The notes under the pieces: generated by a model
What the model was told of the DNA's origin: nothing
Databases searched by the model: none
Seen by the model: the letters and a program-made list of their open reading frames with translations, nothing else
In this document: one piece after another, positions 24,578 through 32,430 of the stretch
Layout of the letters: every line of letters starts with the position of its first letter
Numbering within the stretch: the stretch's first letter is position 1
Virus record (IMG/VR): IMGVR_UViG_3300037518_000655
Coordinates: 1-36,524 of that record
Length of the DNA stretch: 36,524 nt
DNA from: a virus
Taxonomy: Duplodnaviria > Caudoviricetes
Direction: 5' to 3' (one strand)
Program-made: the position numbers and the translations under genes

Positions 24578-24822
24578 TGAACCAACAGGAGCTATTCGAG
24601 CGGATCGAGCGCGACTTTACCTATCACCCGCCCACGGAGGGGCAGGTCCTCATGTACCGCGAGATCCGGGAGCAGGCCAGGGCGCTGGCCCTGCTGCTGG
24701 CCGGGCTATGCCCGATCTCGCGCGAGCTCAGCCTGGCTCTGACCAACCTGGAGCAGGCGGTCATGTGGGCCAATGCCGCTATCGCCCGGAGTGGAGGAGC
24801 GGATGCAGACCGAGACGGTTAG
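24577..24822 (+). CDS. Acb2/Tad1 hairpin-family protein (putative immune-signal sponge)
   Basis: FTYHPP...Q..Y..IR..A..LA......CP.SRELSLALTNLEQAVMWANAAIAR, resembling the Tad1 C-terminal SRENACALTHVEEALMWMN helix (recalled, not aligned). Confidence 0.75.
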   Translation: MNQQELFERIERDFTYHPPTEGQVLMYREIREQARALALLLAGLCPISRELSLALTNLEQAVMWANAAIARSGGADADRDG

Positions 24823-25183
24823 CTACCAGGTCGATGGCTATGACGTGAGCCTGACCGTCTCCGAGGCGACGGTCCTGGTCGGCATGCGCCGCACGCGGCT
24901 GAAGCTGGCCGGCGACAAGGCAGAGAGGGAGCGGGCAAAGGATTACGGGTATGACGCCGATCGGCATCTGTTGCGGGCGACGATTTACCCGGACCTGATC
25001 GCGGCCACGGTCGAGGCGCGGGGGCTGGCCTGGCCGCTGGAATTCGAGGAGTTCCTCGGTTTGCCGGAGCAGCTCTGGGTAGCGTGGGAGCAGGCGGTTT
25101 ACCGGCTCAACCCGCATTGGCTGCCTAGCCCGGAGCAATCGCGGGAAAAAAAAGACGATCCGACGAATTCATCGGACGGTTGA
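24803..25183 (+). CDS. Tail assembly chaperone (gpG-like)
   Basis: SD GGAGG; ends just after the slippery site A AAA AAA at 25147-25153. Confidence 0.75.
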   Translation: MQTETVSYQVDGYDVSLTVSEATVLVGMRRTRLKLAGDKAERERAKDYGYDADRHLLRATIYPDLIAATVEARGLAWPLEFEEFLGLPEQLWVAWEQAVYRLNPHWLPSPEQSREKKDDPTNSSDG

Positions 25184-25404
25184 CCGACCTCTTTAACGCC
25201 CAGGACAGCAAGGAGCCGCCCGATCTGCCTGACGAGATCGAGCTACACGACCCGGAGCTGGCCTGGCGGCTGTGGACGACCCTGGACGCCATCGACTGGC
25301 GCTGGCCGCCGGATGTCATCCTGCGCCAGCCGGAGTGGATCATGGACGATATTCTGACCGTGGCCAACCTGGCCGGCCGGGTCAGAAAGCTCCGGGGCGG
25401 TTGA
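25147..25404 (+). CDS. -1 frameshift extension of the chaperone (gpT-like)
   Basis: The -1 frame is open from the slippery site to TGA 25404 (...RRSDEFIGRLTDLF...WPPDVILRQP.W). Confidence 0.7.
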   Translation, partial: KKRRSDEFIGRLTDLFNAQDSKEPPDLPDEIELHDPELAWRLWTTLDAIDWRWPPDVILRQPEWIMDDILTVANLAGRVRKLRGG

Positions 25405-25409
25405 CAAAA

Positions 25410-25444
25410 CAATGAGCAATTAACAATGAGCAATTAACAATTTA
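25410..25444. repeat. CAAT heptamer array (5 units)
   Basis: CAATGAG CAATTAA CAATGAG CAATTAA CAATTTA between two convergent stop codons. Confidence 0.9.
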
Positions 25445-25451
25445 CTTATTG

Positions 25452-25619
25452 CTAGAAGGCGCCGGGGTTTGTAAGCCAGACAAAGAGCAGGGTACAGCCC
25501 AGGAACATGAGCAGGGCGACGGCGAGCATGACATTGAGCACGACCCAATTGTGAACGACCAGGCGCCAGCCGGTGCGTTTTGGTTTAGATGATAGTTTTT
25601 TGAGCGGTTTTTTCTCCAT
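25452..25619 (-). CDS. 55-aa single-pass membrane protein, antisense within the tail operon (not in the ORF track)
   Basis: MEKKPLKKLSSKPKRTGWRLVVHNWVVLNVMLAVALLMFLGCTLLFVWLTNPGAF; SD AGGAG; own extended -10. Confidence 0.75.
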   Translation of the reverse strand: MEKKPLKKLSSKPKRTGWRLVVHNWVVLNVMLAVALLMFLGCTLLFVWLTNPGAF

Positions 25620-25637
25620 CGGACTCTCCTGAAAGGC

Positions 25638-25648
25638 ATTATAGCACA
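25638..25648 (-). promoter_or_regulatory. Extended -10 promoter for the antisense membrane-protein gene
   Basis: Minus strand TGTGCTATAAT, 18 nt upstream of the ATG at 25619. Confidence 0.65.
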
Positions 25649-25651
25649 GCT

Positions 25652-27886
25652 ATGGCAGATCGAGGCATCGAAGTCTTTTTACGGTTCGTGCTGGACCGGC
25701 AGACCGTCCAGCAGGTCAAGAGCGGGGCCTTATCGGTCGATAAGGCCCTCAAGCAGGTCCAGGCGCAGACCGAGAAGACCCAAAAGCAAATGGACCAGGT
25801 GCGCAACTGGGCCGGTTATTTTGGCGACCTGTCCACCAGCGCGCTTTTTTTTGGGGCGGCCGTATCCGGGCCGCTGCTGCTGTCGATCCACCAGTTTGTG
25901 GGCGCGACCGGCCAGGCCGACGCGGTCAGCCGCGACTGGCTCAGCTCGACCGACGAGCTGCAGCGCTCCTACCAGCGCATCGGGCGGGTTTCGGCCCAGG
26001 CGGTCTTGCCGGCGTTGGAATTTGCGGCCGACGTGGCCGAGAAGCTGGCAGGCTACGCCGAGGATCACCCCGGCGCGATCCAGGCGCTGCTATATGGCGG
26101 CGGGGCGCTGGTCGGCCTGGCGGCGGTGGGCGAGGCGGTCGAGCGGGGCGTCAGGCTTTACGCCGACGCCGTGAGCCTGGCCACGACCACGAAGGCGGCG
26201 GCCACACAGCTGCTGGCCGGCAAATTGATGGACCAGGCCGCCAGCAAACAAGCCGGCGCGGCGACCGGGATGCAGAAGGGCGGACTCCTGGGCGGGGTGG
26301 GCGGGCTGCCTGGCGGCAAGGCCCTGGCCCTGGCCGGGGCTATCGGCGGCGGCATCTTTGCCGGCAACGAGATCGCCAACGCGGTCACGGGCGACCCGGA
26401 GTATGCCGGGCGAACCTGGCGGCAGATGGCGGCCCTGCCCGGCGCGGCAGCCATCAGCGCCCTCCTGCCCCTCTTTGAATCCATCGGCGTCATCAGCCCG
26501 GAGACGGCCAAGAGCCTGGGCAGCAGCTTTGGCGAGATCTACGGCGCCTTTGGCAACCAGGGGGTGGCGGCCGGTCTGACCGAGCTGGGTCAATTTTTGG
26601 GGCTGGCCGGCGAGGCCGGCGACAAGGCCGAGGAGGCCAACGAGTCGGCCAAGGAGATGTTTCTCAACCAGGCGCAGGCACTCAAAGGCTTCATCGCCTT
26701 TCAGGCGGCCGGCCAGCAGGCTGAGGCACAGTACCAGGAGCAGCGCAGCGCGATCATCAGCGAGGCTGAGGCGGAGCGGGAGCGGCTGACGCAGCAGAGC
26801 GAGGAGCGGCGTACCAGGATGGTCGAGAGCTTTGCCAGCCAGCAGGCCGAGGCCCTGGCCGAGTTCGAGCGCGGTCGCAAGCGGGCCGAACGGGATTTCG
26901 AGCGGTCGGAGGTCAAGGCCCTGGCGGACTTTAGCGAGGAACGGGGGCGCTTCCTGGAGGAGTGGCGCGACTCGGAAGCGGACGCCGAGAGCGAATATTA
27001 CACGCGCCGGATGGAACGGGCGGCCCAGTTCGATAAAGAGACGGAACGGGCTGAGGCCAAGCACCAGAAGAACGCGCGGCGGGCGCAGCAGGATCACTGG
27101 CTGCGACTGGAGGATGCCATTCGTACTCAAGACGCGGGCGCCTTCATCCGGGAGCAGCGCGATTACGAGATCCAGCGTCGCCGGCGCGAGGAGGACTTTG
27201 GCGAGCAGCAGGAGCCGCGCCGGGGCGACTACACCGAAGAGGTCAAGGGGCTGGAGGAGCAGTTTGCCGGGCAGCGGGAGCTGCGCCAGGCCGACCGGGA
27301 GCAGCAGCTCGAAGAGATGCAGGCCCAGTTCGACGACGAGCGACAGGAGCAGCTCGACGCCTTTGAGCTGCGCCGGCAGGACGAAGACGAGGATTTCGCC
27401 CTGCAGCGGGAAAAGGCAGCGGCCCGCAACGAGGCGGCCCTGGCCGAGTTCGACGACCAGGCCCGGCGTGAGCTGGAAGCCCTGGAACAAAAGAAGCTGG
27501 AGCAGGTGAGCGCGCTCGATGGCCAGTACAGCGAGGAGAAGCAGATCCGGCAGAAGGCATTTGCCGATCAGTTACGCGACCTGGACGGGGCTTATTTCAA
27601 CGAGACCGAGAAGAAGAAAGAATATTACGCCCTGATGGAAAAAGACTTTATGAAGTGGCTGGAGGCCATGCGCGGCCAGGTCGGGAGCAACCTGCCGGGT
27701 TATAGCGGGCCACTGCGCCAGAGCCCGGATGTAGCCAGCTCGTCCCGGAGCAGTGTCTCGAATAGTCGCTCGCTTAGCTACGCTCCGACTTACAACATCT
27801 CCGAGCGAGATGATACGCGGGCAATCCGGGCCATGATCGAGCGGGGCGTGGATCAGGCCATTTTGCGCGACGAGCGGGGGTATTGA
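25652..27886 (+). CDS. Tape measure protein
   Basis: 744 aa after the frameshifting chaperone; Ala/Gly-rich hydrophobic N-half and Glu/Arg/Gln coiled-coil C-half. Confidence 0.85.
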   Translation: MADRGIEVFLRFVLDRQTVQQVKSGALSVDKALKQVQAQTEKTQKQMDQVRNWAGYFGDLSTSALFFGAAVSGPLLLSIHQFVGATGQADAVSRDWLSSTDELQRSYQRIGRVSAQAVLPALEFAADVAEKLAGYAEDHPGAIQALLYGGGALVGLAAVGEAVERGVRLYADAVSLATTTKAAATQLLAGKLMDQAASKQAGAATGMQKGGLLGGVGGLPGGKALALAGAIGGGIFAGNEIANAVTGDPEYAGRTWRQMAALPGAAAISALLPLFESIGVISPETAKSLGSSFGEIYGAFGNQGVAAGLTELGQFLGLAGEAGDKAEEANESAKEMFLNQAQALKGFIAFQAAGQQAEAQYQEQRSAIISEAEAERERLTQQSEERRTRMVESFASQQAEALAEFERGRKRAERDFERSEVKALADFSEERGRFLEEWRDSEADAESEYYTRRMERAAQFDKETERAEAKHQKNARRAQQDHWLRLEDAIRTQDAGAFIREQRDYEIQRRRREEDFGEQQEPRRGDYTEEVKGLEEQFAGQRELRQADREQQLEEMQAQFDDERQEQLDAFELRRQDEDEDFALQREKAAARNEAALAEFDDQARRELEALEQKKLEQVSALDGQYSEEKQIRQKAFADQLRDLDGAYFNETEKKKEYYALMEKDFMKWLEAMRGQVGSNLPGYSGPLRQSPDVASSSRSSVSNSRSLSYAPTYNISERDDTRAIRAMIERGVDQAILRDERGY

Positions 27887-28290
27887 TGCCGGTTTATGGA
27901 TATGAAATTGGCCTGACGACGACGACCACCAACGTCGAGGAGTTGACTACGCCGGTCCATCCACCCAGGGGGCGTTGGTACGAGGCGTCGATCTTCAACG
28001 ACAAGGCAGACGGGATGGTCTCGGCCCACGGCTTCCCGCGCTGCGTCTGGCTCTTCGATATCCTGACCGAGGAGATGGTGAGCCAACTCAGGACCTTTGT
28101 CGGCACGTCGCAAAGCGGCGAGGTCTATATCGTAACCCGGGTGCCGCCGACCGCGGCCGATGACGGGGAGCTGTTCGTTAAATTCGGCGCTATTATGGTC
28201 TGGCCCAGCCGCGACCTGATGGACAAGCGCAACGCCGGCGGGCGCTACCTGGGCGTCGAGATCCCCTTCAGGCGACTGGAGGAGGCGTAG
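27886..28290 (+). CDS. Probable distal tail (Dit-like) protein
   Basis: 134 aa directly after the tape measure; assignment by position. Confidence 0.55.
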   Translation: MPVYGYEIGLTTTTTNVEELTTPVHPPRGRWYEASIFNDKADGMVSAHGFPRCVWLFDILTEEMVSQLRTFVGTSQSGEVYIVTRVPPTAADDGELFVKFGAIMVWPSRDLMDKRNAGGRYLGVEIPFRRLEEA

Positions 28291-28366
28291 TTGTTAGTTG
28301 GTAGTCGATAGTCGATAGCAATTATGAGCCATGAACTATGAATTATAAACTACGGACTACAAACTA
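28288..28366 (+). repeat. Heptamer-periodic hairpin (TAGT units paired with ACTA units)
   Basis: TAGTTGT TAGTTGG TAGTCGA TAGTCGA TAGCAAT, then TATGAGC CATGAAC TATGAAT TATAAAC TACGGAC TACAAAC TA, ending 2 nt before ATG 28369. Confidence 0.85.
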
Positions 28367-28368
28367 AA

Positions 28369-31300
28369 ATGCCGGCCCTATCCGCCCCGGAACTGGCCCT
28401 GCTGGGGGCCGATGGCCACAAGGCCCGCTTTTATTTATCCGTCTCGACCCCGCGCACGCTGCTGGCCGGGCTGATCAACGGCGGCCTGGCGCGCGGCGCG
28501 ATGACGATCCCCTACGACAACGGCACGGGCAGCGGCTTCGGCGATATCGCCGCCGGCCAGGTCTTCCGGGTCATCACCGCGACCGGGCCGGAGCTGGGCC
28601 GGGTGCTGTCGGTGAGCGGCAGCCAGGCCAGCGGCAACCTGGGTATTGCGGCCAACTCGATTGTGACCGGCGACAATAACACCTTCGAGGTCATCGAGGA
28701 TTACCCCCTCGTCCCCAAGCCACCCCGCTTCACCGCCTCCACCTTCTACAAAGACTGGACCACGCTCTATCCCGGCGATGGCGTGACGCCGGTCATCATT
28801 GCCGGGCCACACCGGCCACAGTTTTTGAGCGGCGGCTCGGCGGTCTTTGACGTAGATCTGACCAGTTCATACGCCGTGGCCCAGGGCGCGACGATGAACG
28901 CGGCCAGCTACGCCGCGGCGGTGACGCCGGCGGCGGGCGTGACGGTCAGCCTGGTGAACGGGGTGGGTACAATCGAGATCGCCAACCCTGGCCAATATTG
29001 GGCGCGCTTCAGCGGGGCCGACAGCGGCGGGCGCTCGCAGATCACGCGCCGGCGGCTCTGGGCGCATGATCCCGATCCGACCGACGCCGATTACCCCTAT
29101 ACCGACTTCGAGGTGCAGGCGCTGTCGGGCGACTGGGAGCGGGGCGGTTGGGTGCTGGCCATCCGGGTGCGGGGCGTGGCCGATCTGGCCGTCTTCCCGG
29201 AGGGGGCGCTGGTGTGCCTGTGGTATGCGCCAACTTACGGGACGACCCAGCAATATATCGGCGGGCCGGTGGGCGCGGAGCAGGCCCTTTTTTGCGGCTA
29301 CATCCGCAAGGGTTCTATTGAGGCCAACTGGGAAGAAGGGACGGTCTCCTTTGAGGCCCAGACCATCCAGGACGCGCTGCGCTCGATCAACATGCGCTCG
29401 GTGCCCCTCCAGGCAACTCAATCCCCCTCGAAGTGGTACGAATATAACGCCTGGCTGACCAATGGACGGGGTCTGCACCACTACTACAAGTACCACTCGA
29501 CCCTGCTTGAGATTTGTGACTTCCTGGGCCTGACCGACGTAACCTATGGCCGGGCCGGGCTGGTCTTTCAGAAGGGCGATATGTATGGCCAGGCGCTCAA
29601 CGTGGTGCGCGACTATGGCGCGAGCGAACACATCGTCTGCAACAAGGCCGGCCAGCTCCACCTGACGCGGGATATCCAGATCCTCGACGACGCGGCGCGG
29701 GCGGCCCGGCCGGTAGTGGCCGGCCTGGAGAAAGGCTATCGGCAGGGCGACATCAGCCTGGTCGAGCGGCAGCACGGCCAGGTGGCATTGGTTTATGTCG
29801 AGGGGATCGCCTTCGATGGCCTGAACGCCGCCGCCTACTGCGCCAAGTCGCCGGGCCACGTCCCGGAGCAAAGCGGGCCGGGCTTTGTCGAGGCGCTCAA
29901 CCAGACGGTGGCCAGCCAGGAGCAAACCAACAACCTGGCCGGCCGGATCGACGCGAAGGAGAACAACCACGACCCGGAGGCGCGGATCGCGCTGGACGGC
30001 ATCTGGGCCGGGGTGCTGGATGTGGCGCTACAAGAGTGGTATACGCTCAGCCTGGCCGCCGCCGGCACGACGCGAGGCGTGGTCTGGGCGGATCGCAAAT
30101 TGGTGCTCAGGCAGGTCAACAACCGGATCGATCCGGTCAATGGCTATATCGGGAGCGAAGCTATTTACGAACCGGAGGCGCTGGGCCCGGTCGGGATTCC
30201 GGACCCGTGCGTGGGGCTACCTGGCCCGCCCGATCCACCGGCGCCTAAATGGAGCGGGCCGGGGCTGGGCGCGCTCCTGGCCTTTAGCTCGGCCAATTAC
30301 CGGGACGACAACGCGGGCGACTGGACGCAGTTGCAAGCGGCGAGCTATAACCATGGCTGCGTCGATCCCTGGGGAGTCGTCAAGAGCGGGTCGAGCAACC
30401 CCAGGGACGCCATCTGGTGGGCGGTGGCCGATGGGGCTATTTACCGGGTGGTGGGCGTGGCCGGTATCCCGGAGAACCGGACGCCGGTGAGCGATCCGCC
30501 GAACACCTGGGGCGACGCGACGGCCCCGACCGTGGGCGAGCTGGAGTTTATCTGGGTCGGCGGCAGCCGCTGGATCAAGAATCGATTTTATGTTCTGGCC
30601 AGGTGGCCGGAGGCGGGCGGTGATTGGCGGGGCTGGCTGCTTACGACCGACAATGATGGCTTCACCTGGGACTACGCCGCCCTTTACGATGGGGTAACAT
30701 TGCCCGACCAGGTTTACCCAATCTGGGCAGCCGTGAACGGGTCTTATGTGCTAGCCACCGTCTGGGTCGATGTTGCGACCGACGAGTTGCAACTGCTCGT
30801 TTTTGATGACGAGCTGAATTACGTAGATACGGTTGGCCTGGGCGCGGCGACGCTGGCCGAGGTCGAGGCGTTGACCTTATATGCCTTTCCGGCGACCGTT
30901 GGCGATGACGACAGCCCGTGGTACGTGGCCGGGCGGATGGTCGACCCGGCCGGTCTGTCAGGCGAGCCGGCATATCACGTCATCGAGACCGTCAACGCAG
31001 GCACGTCGTTTACGAGCATCGAGGACGGCTGGGGCGCGGATATCGCCATCGCCCTGGCGGTCGATGATAGCGATAATTTCTTTGGGGTGCGGCAGGGGTT
31101 TAGTGGCGACCTGGCTATCGGGGCGTCGGCCAAGGTCACAGACGGCGAGAGCGTTGCCCGGCCGTTCTTGATTCCGATGGCGACTGGGGTGGGCGTGGTG
31201 GCCTATCTAAAAGGCGGTATCTACGGCAAGGTAGTCGATATTTCGAGCGGCGCCATCGCCATCGGGAGCGAGCAGGCAATCGCCGAGCCGTCGTCCCTGA

Positions 31301-32430
31301 TCACGTTCGGCGGTGTGGCGGTGCGACAATCCGACACCGACGAAGGATTGGCGGTCTATACCCAGGCCACGCTAGAAAAGCCCGAGGCCCTGGTGTTTAC
31401 CCGGAGCGGCAACACCCTGACGCCTGGCTCGCCCTTCACTGACAGCATCGACGTGTTGGTCGATACCGTTTTGGGGATCTATCCGGGCAGCAACGCGGCG
31501 TTATTGGGAGATCTGCGGGGCGGCTCGTTTGACGAGTATGTCAGGATCGACCTGGTTACGCCGGTCATTGGTGCGACTAACAATCCGTCGACGACCATCG
31601 ATGAGTATCTCGACGCCGTGGCCATGGACAGCGATGATATTATGGTGATGTTTATCGACGCCTCCCAAAACCTCTATTTCCAAATGGTCAACATCAGCGT
31701 CGGCGTCAGCCAGGGGGCGGCCAGTGACAGTACTATCGACCTGCCGAGCGGCTTCAGCCAGGCTAACATGATATGTTACAGCCTGTGCCGGCTGACCGAC
31801 ACGGCGGCGGTAGCCTGCGTACCGCGCGACCTGGCGACCGACGCCCTGAGCCTGGTCGTCATCACCCGGAGCGGCACAACGATCAGTGGCTATGGCACGC
31901 CACTCGATGTCTACACCGATGGCGGGAGCGGGATCTTTTATGGCCATCCGGTCCGGGTCTCAGATACGGAGTTCCGGCTCTTTTACCGGGACGCCAGCGG
32001 GGCCATCAGCGTTCAGTCCTTTACCATCTCCGGTACAACCATCAGTCCCGTAGGCGATACCGTGACCGACGCCACCGGCTGGACCCAGATGGGCGGGGCG
32101 GCCCTGCTCGACACGGACAAACTTCTGATCTGCTGGGAGGATGGCGCCGGCGACATCCGGGTGGCGCTGGTGACGCCGGAGGTTAATGCCTCATTTTACC
32201 AGGGGGCGGGCGCCCTCTCGGCAGAAAAATTTGGACTGGCTTCGATTCTGGCCGGGCCGGGCGGGTTAGCCCGGCGCGGCGACGGGGTGGTGGCCCTGGG
32301 CGGCACGGTGACCGGGAGCGGGCTGGTGGTCCGGGCCGGGCCCGCCGACAGCTACGCCGCCGCGACCAACATCGGCGGCAGCCTGGCCGGGCCGATCAAT
32401 GGCCTGGCCTGGATCGGGGGCGGTGCATGA
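28369..32430 (+). CDS. Large tail-tip/hub protein with C-terminal beta-propeller-like repeats
   Basis: 1353 aa; Pro-rich linker (GLPGPPDPPAP); Asp-box-like TTDNDGFTW and TVNAGTSF; repeated V.T.SG.T(I/L)(S/T).G units. Confidence 0.7.
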   Translation: MPALSAPELALLGADGHKARFYLSVSTPRTLLAGLINGGLARGAMTIPYDNGTGSGFGDIAAGQVFRVITATGPELGRVLSVSGSQASGNLGIAANSIVTGDNNTFEVIEDYPLVPKPPRFTASTFYKDWTTLYPGDGVTPVIIAGPHRPQFLSGGSAVFDVDLTSSYAVAQGATMNAASYAAAVTPAAGVTVSLVNGVGTIEIANPGQYWARFSGADSGGRSQITRRRLWAHDPDPTDADYPYTDFEVQALSGDWERGGWVLAIRVRGVADLAVFPEGALVCLWYAPTYGTTQQYIGGPVGAEQALFCGYIRKGSIEANWEEGTVSFEAQTIQDALRSINMRSVPLQATQSPSKWYEYNAWLTNGRGLHHYYKYHSTLLEICDFLGLTDVTYGRAGLVFQKGDMYGQALNVVRDYGASEHIVCNKAGQLHLTRDIQILDDAARAARPVVAGLEKGYRQGDISLVERQHGQVALVYVEGIAFDGLNAAAYCAKSPGHVPEQSGPGFVEALNQTVASQEQTNNLAGRIDAKENNHDPEARIALDGIWAGVLDVALQEWYTLSLAAAGTTRGVVWADRKLVLRQVNNRIDPVNGYIGSEAIYEPEALGPVGIPDPCVGLPGPPDPPAPKWSGPGLGALLAFSSANYRDDNAGDWTQLQAASYNHGCVDPWGVVKSGSSNPRDAIWWAVADGAIYRVVGVAGIPENRTPVSDPPNTWGDATAPTVGELEFIWVGGSRWIKNRFYVLARWPEAGGDWRGWLLTTDNDGFTWDYAALYDGVTLPDQVYPIWAAVNGSYVLATVWVDVATDELQLLVFDDELNYVDTVGLGAATLAEVEALTLYAFPATVGDDDSPWYVAGRMVDPAGLSGEPAYHVIETVNAGTSFTSIEDGWGADIAIALAVDDSDNFFGVRQGFSGDLAIGASAKVTDGESVARPFLIPMATGVGVVAYLKGGIYGKVVDISSGAIAIGSEQAIAEPSSLITFGGVAVRQSDTDEGLAVYTQATLEKPEALVFTRSGNTLTPGSPFTDSIDVLVDTVLGIYPGSNAALLGDLRGGSFDEYVRIDLVTPVIGATNNPSTTIDEYLDAVAMDSDDIMVMFIDASQNLYFQMVNISVGVSQGAASDSTIDLPSGFSQANMICYSLCRLTDTAAVACVPRDLATDALSLVVITRSGTTISGYGTPLDVYTDGGSGIFYGHPVRVSDTEFRLFYRDASGAISVQSFTISGTTISPVGDTVTDATGWTQMGGAALLDTDKLLICWEDGAGDIRVALVTPEVNASFYQGAGALSAEKFGLASILAGPGGLARRGDGVVALGGTVTGSGLVVRAGPADSYAAATNIGGSLAGPINGLAWIGGGA

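Noticed and set aside
25442-25639. Cys/Ser-rich 65-aa minus-strand ORF from the ORF track
   Set aside because: Wrong frame; the overlapping 25452..25619 frame has the SD, the ATG and a clean TM helix.
26090-27490. Long minus-strand ORFs (466 aa here; also 11426..12466 and 28867..29970)
   Set aside because: Antisense shadows of GC3-rich genes, with no SD and no recognisable motifs.
7918-28366. Amber recoding as the explanation for the TAG arrays
   Set aside because: TAG ends many ordinary genes here, ORFs are not fragmented under the standard code, and no suppressor tRNA was seen.
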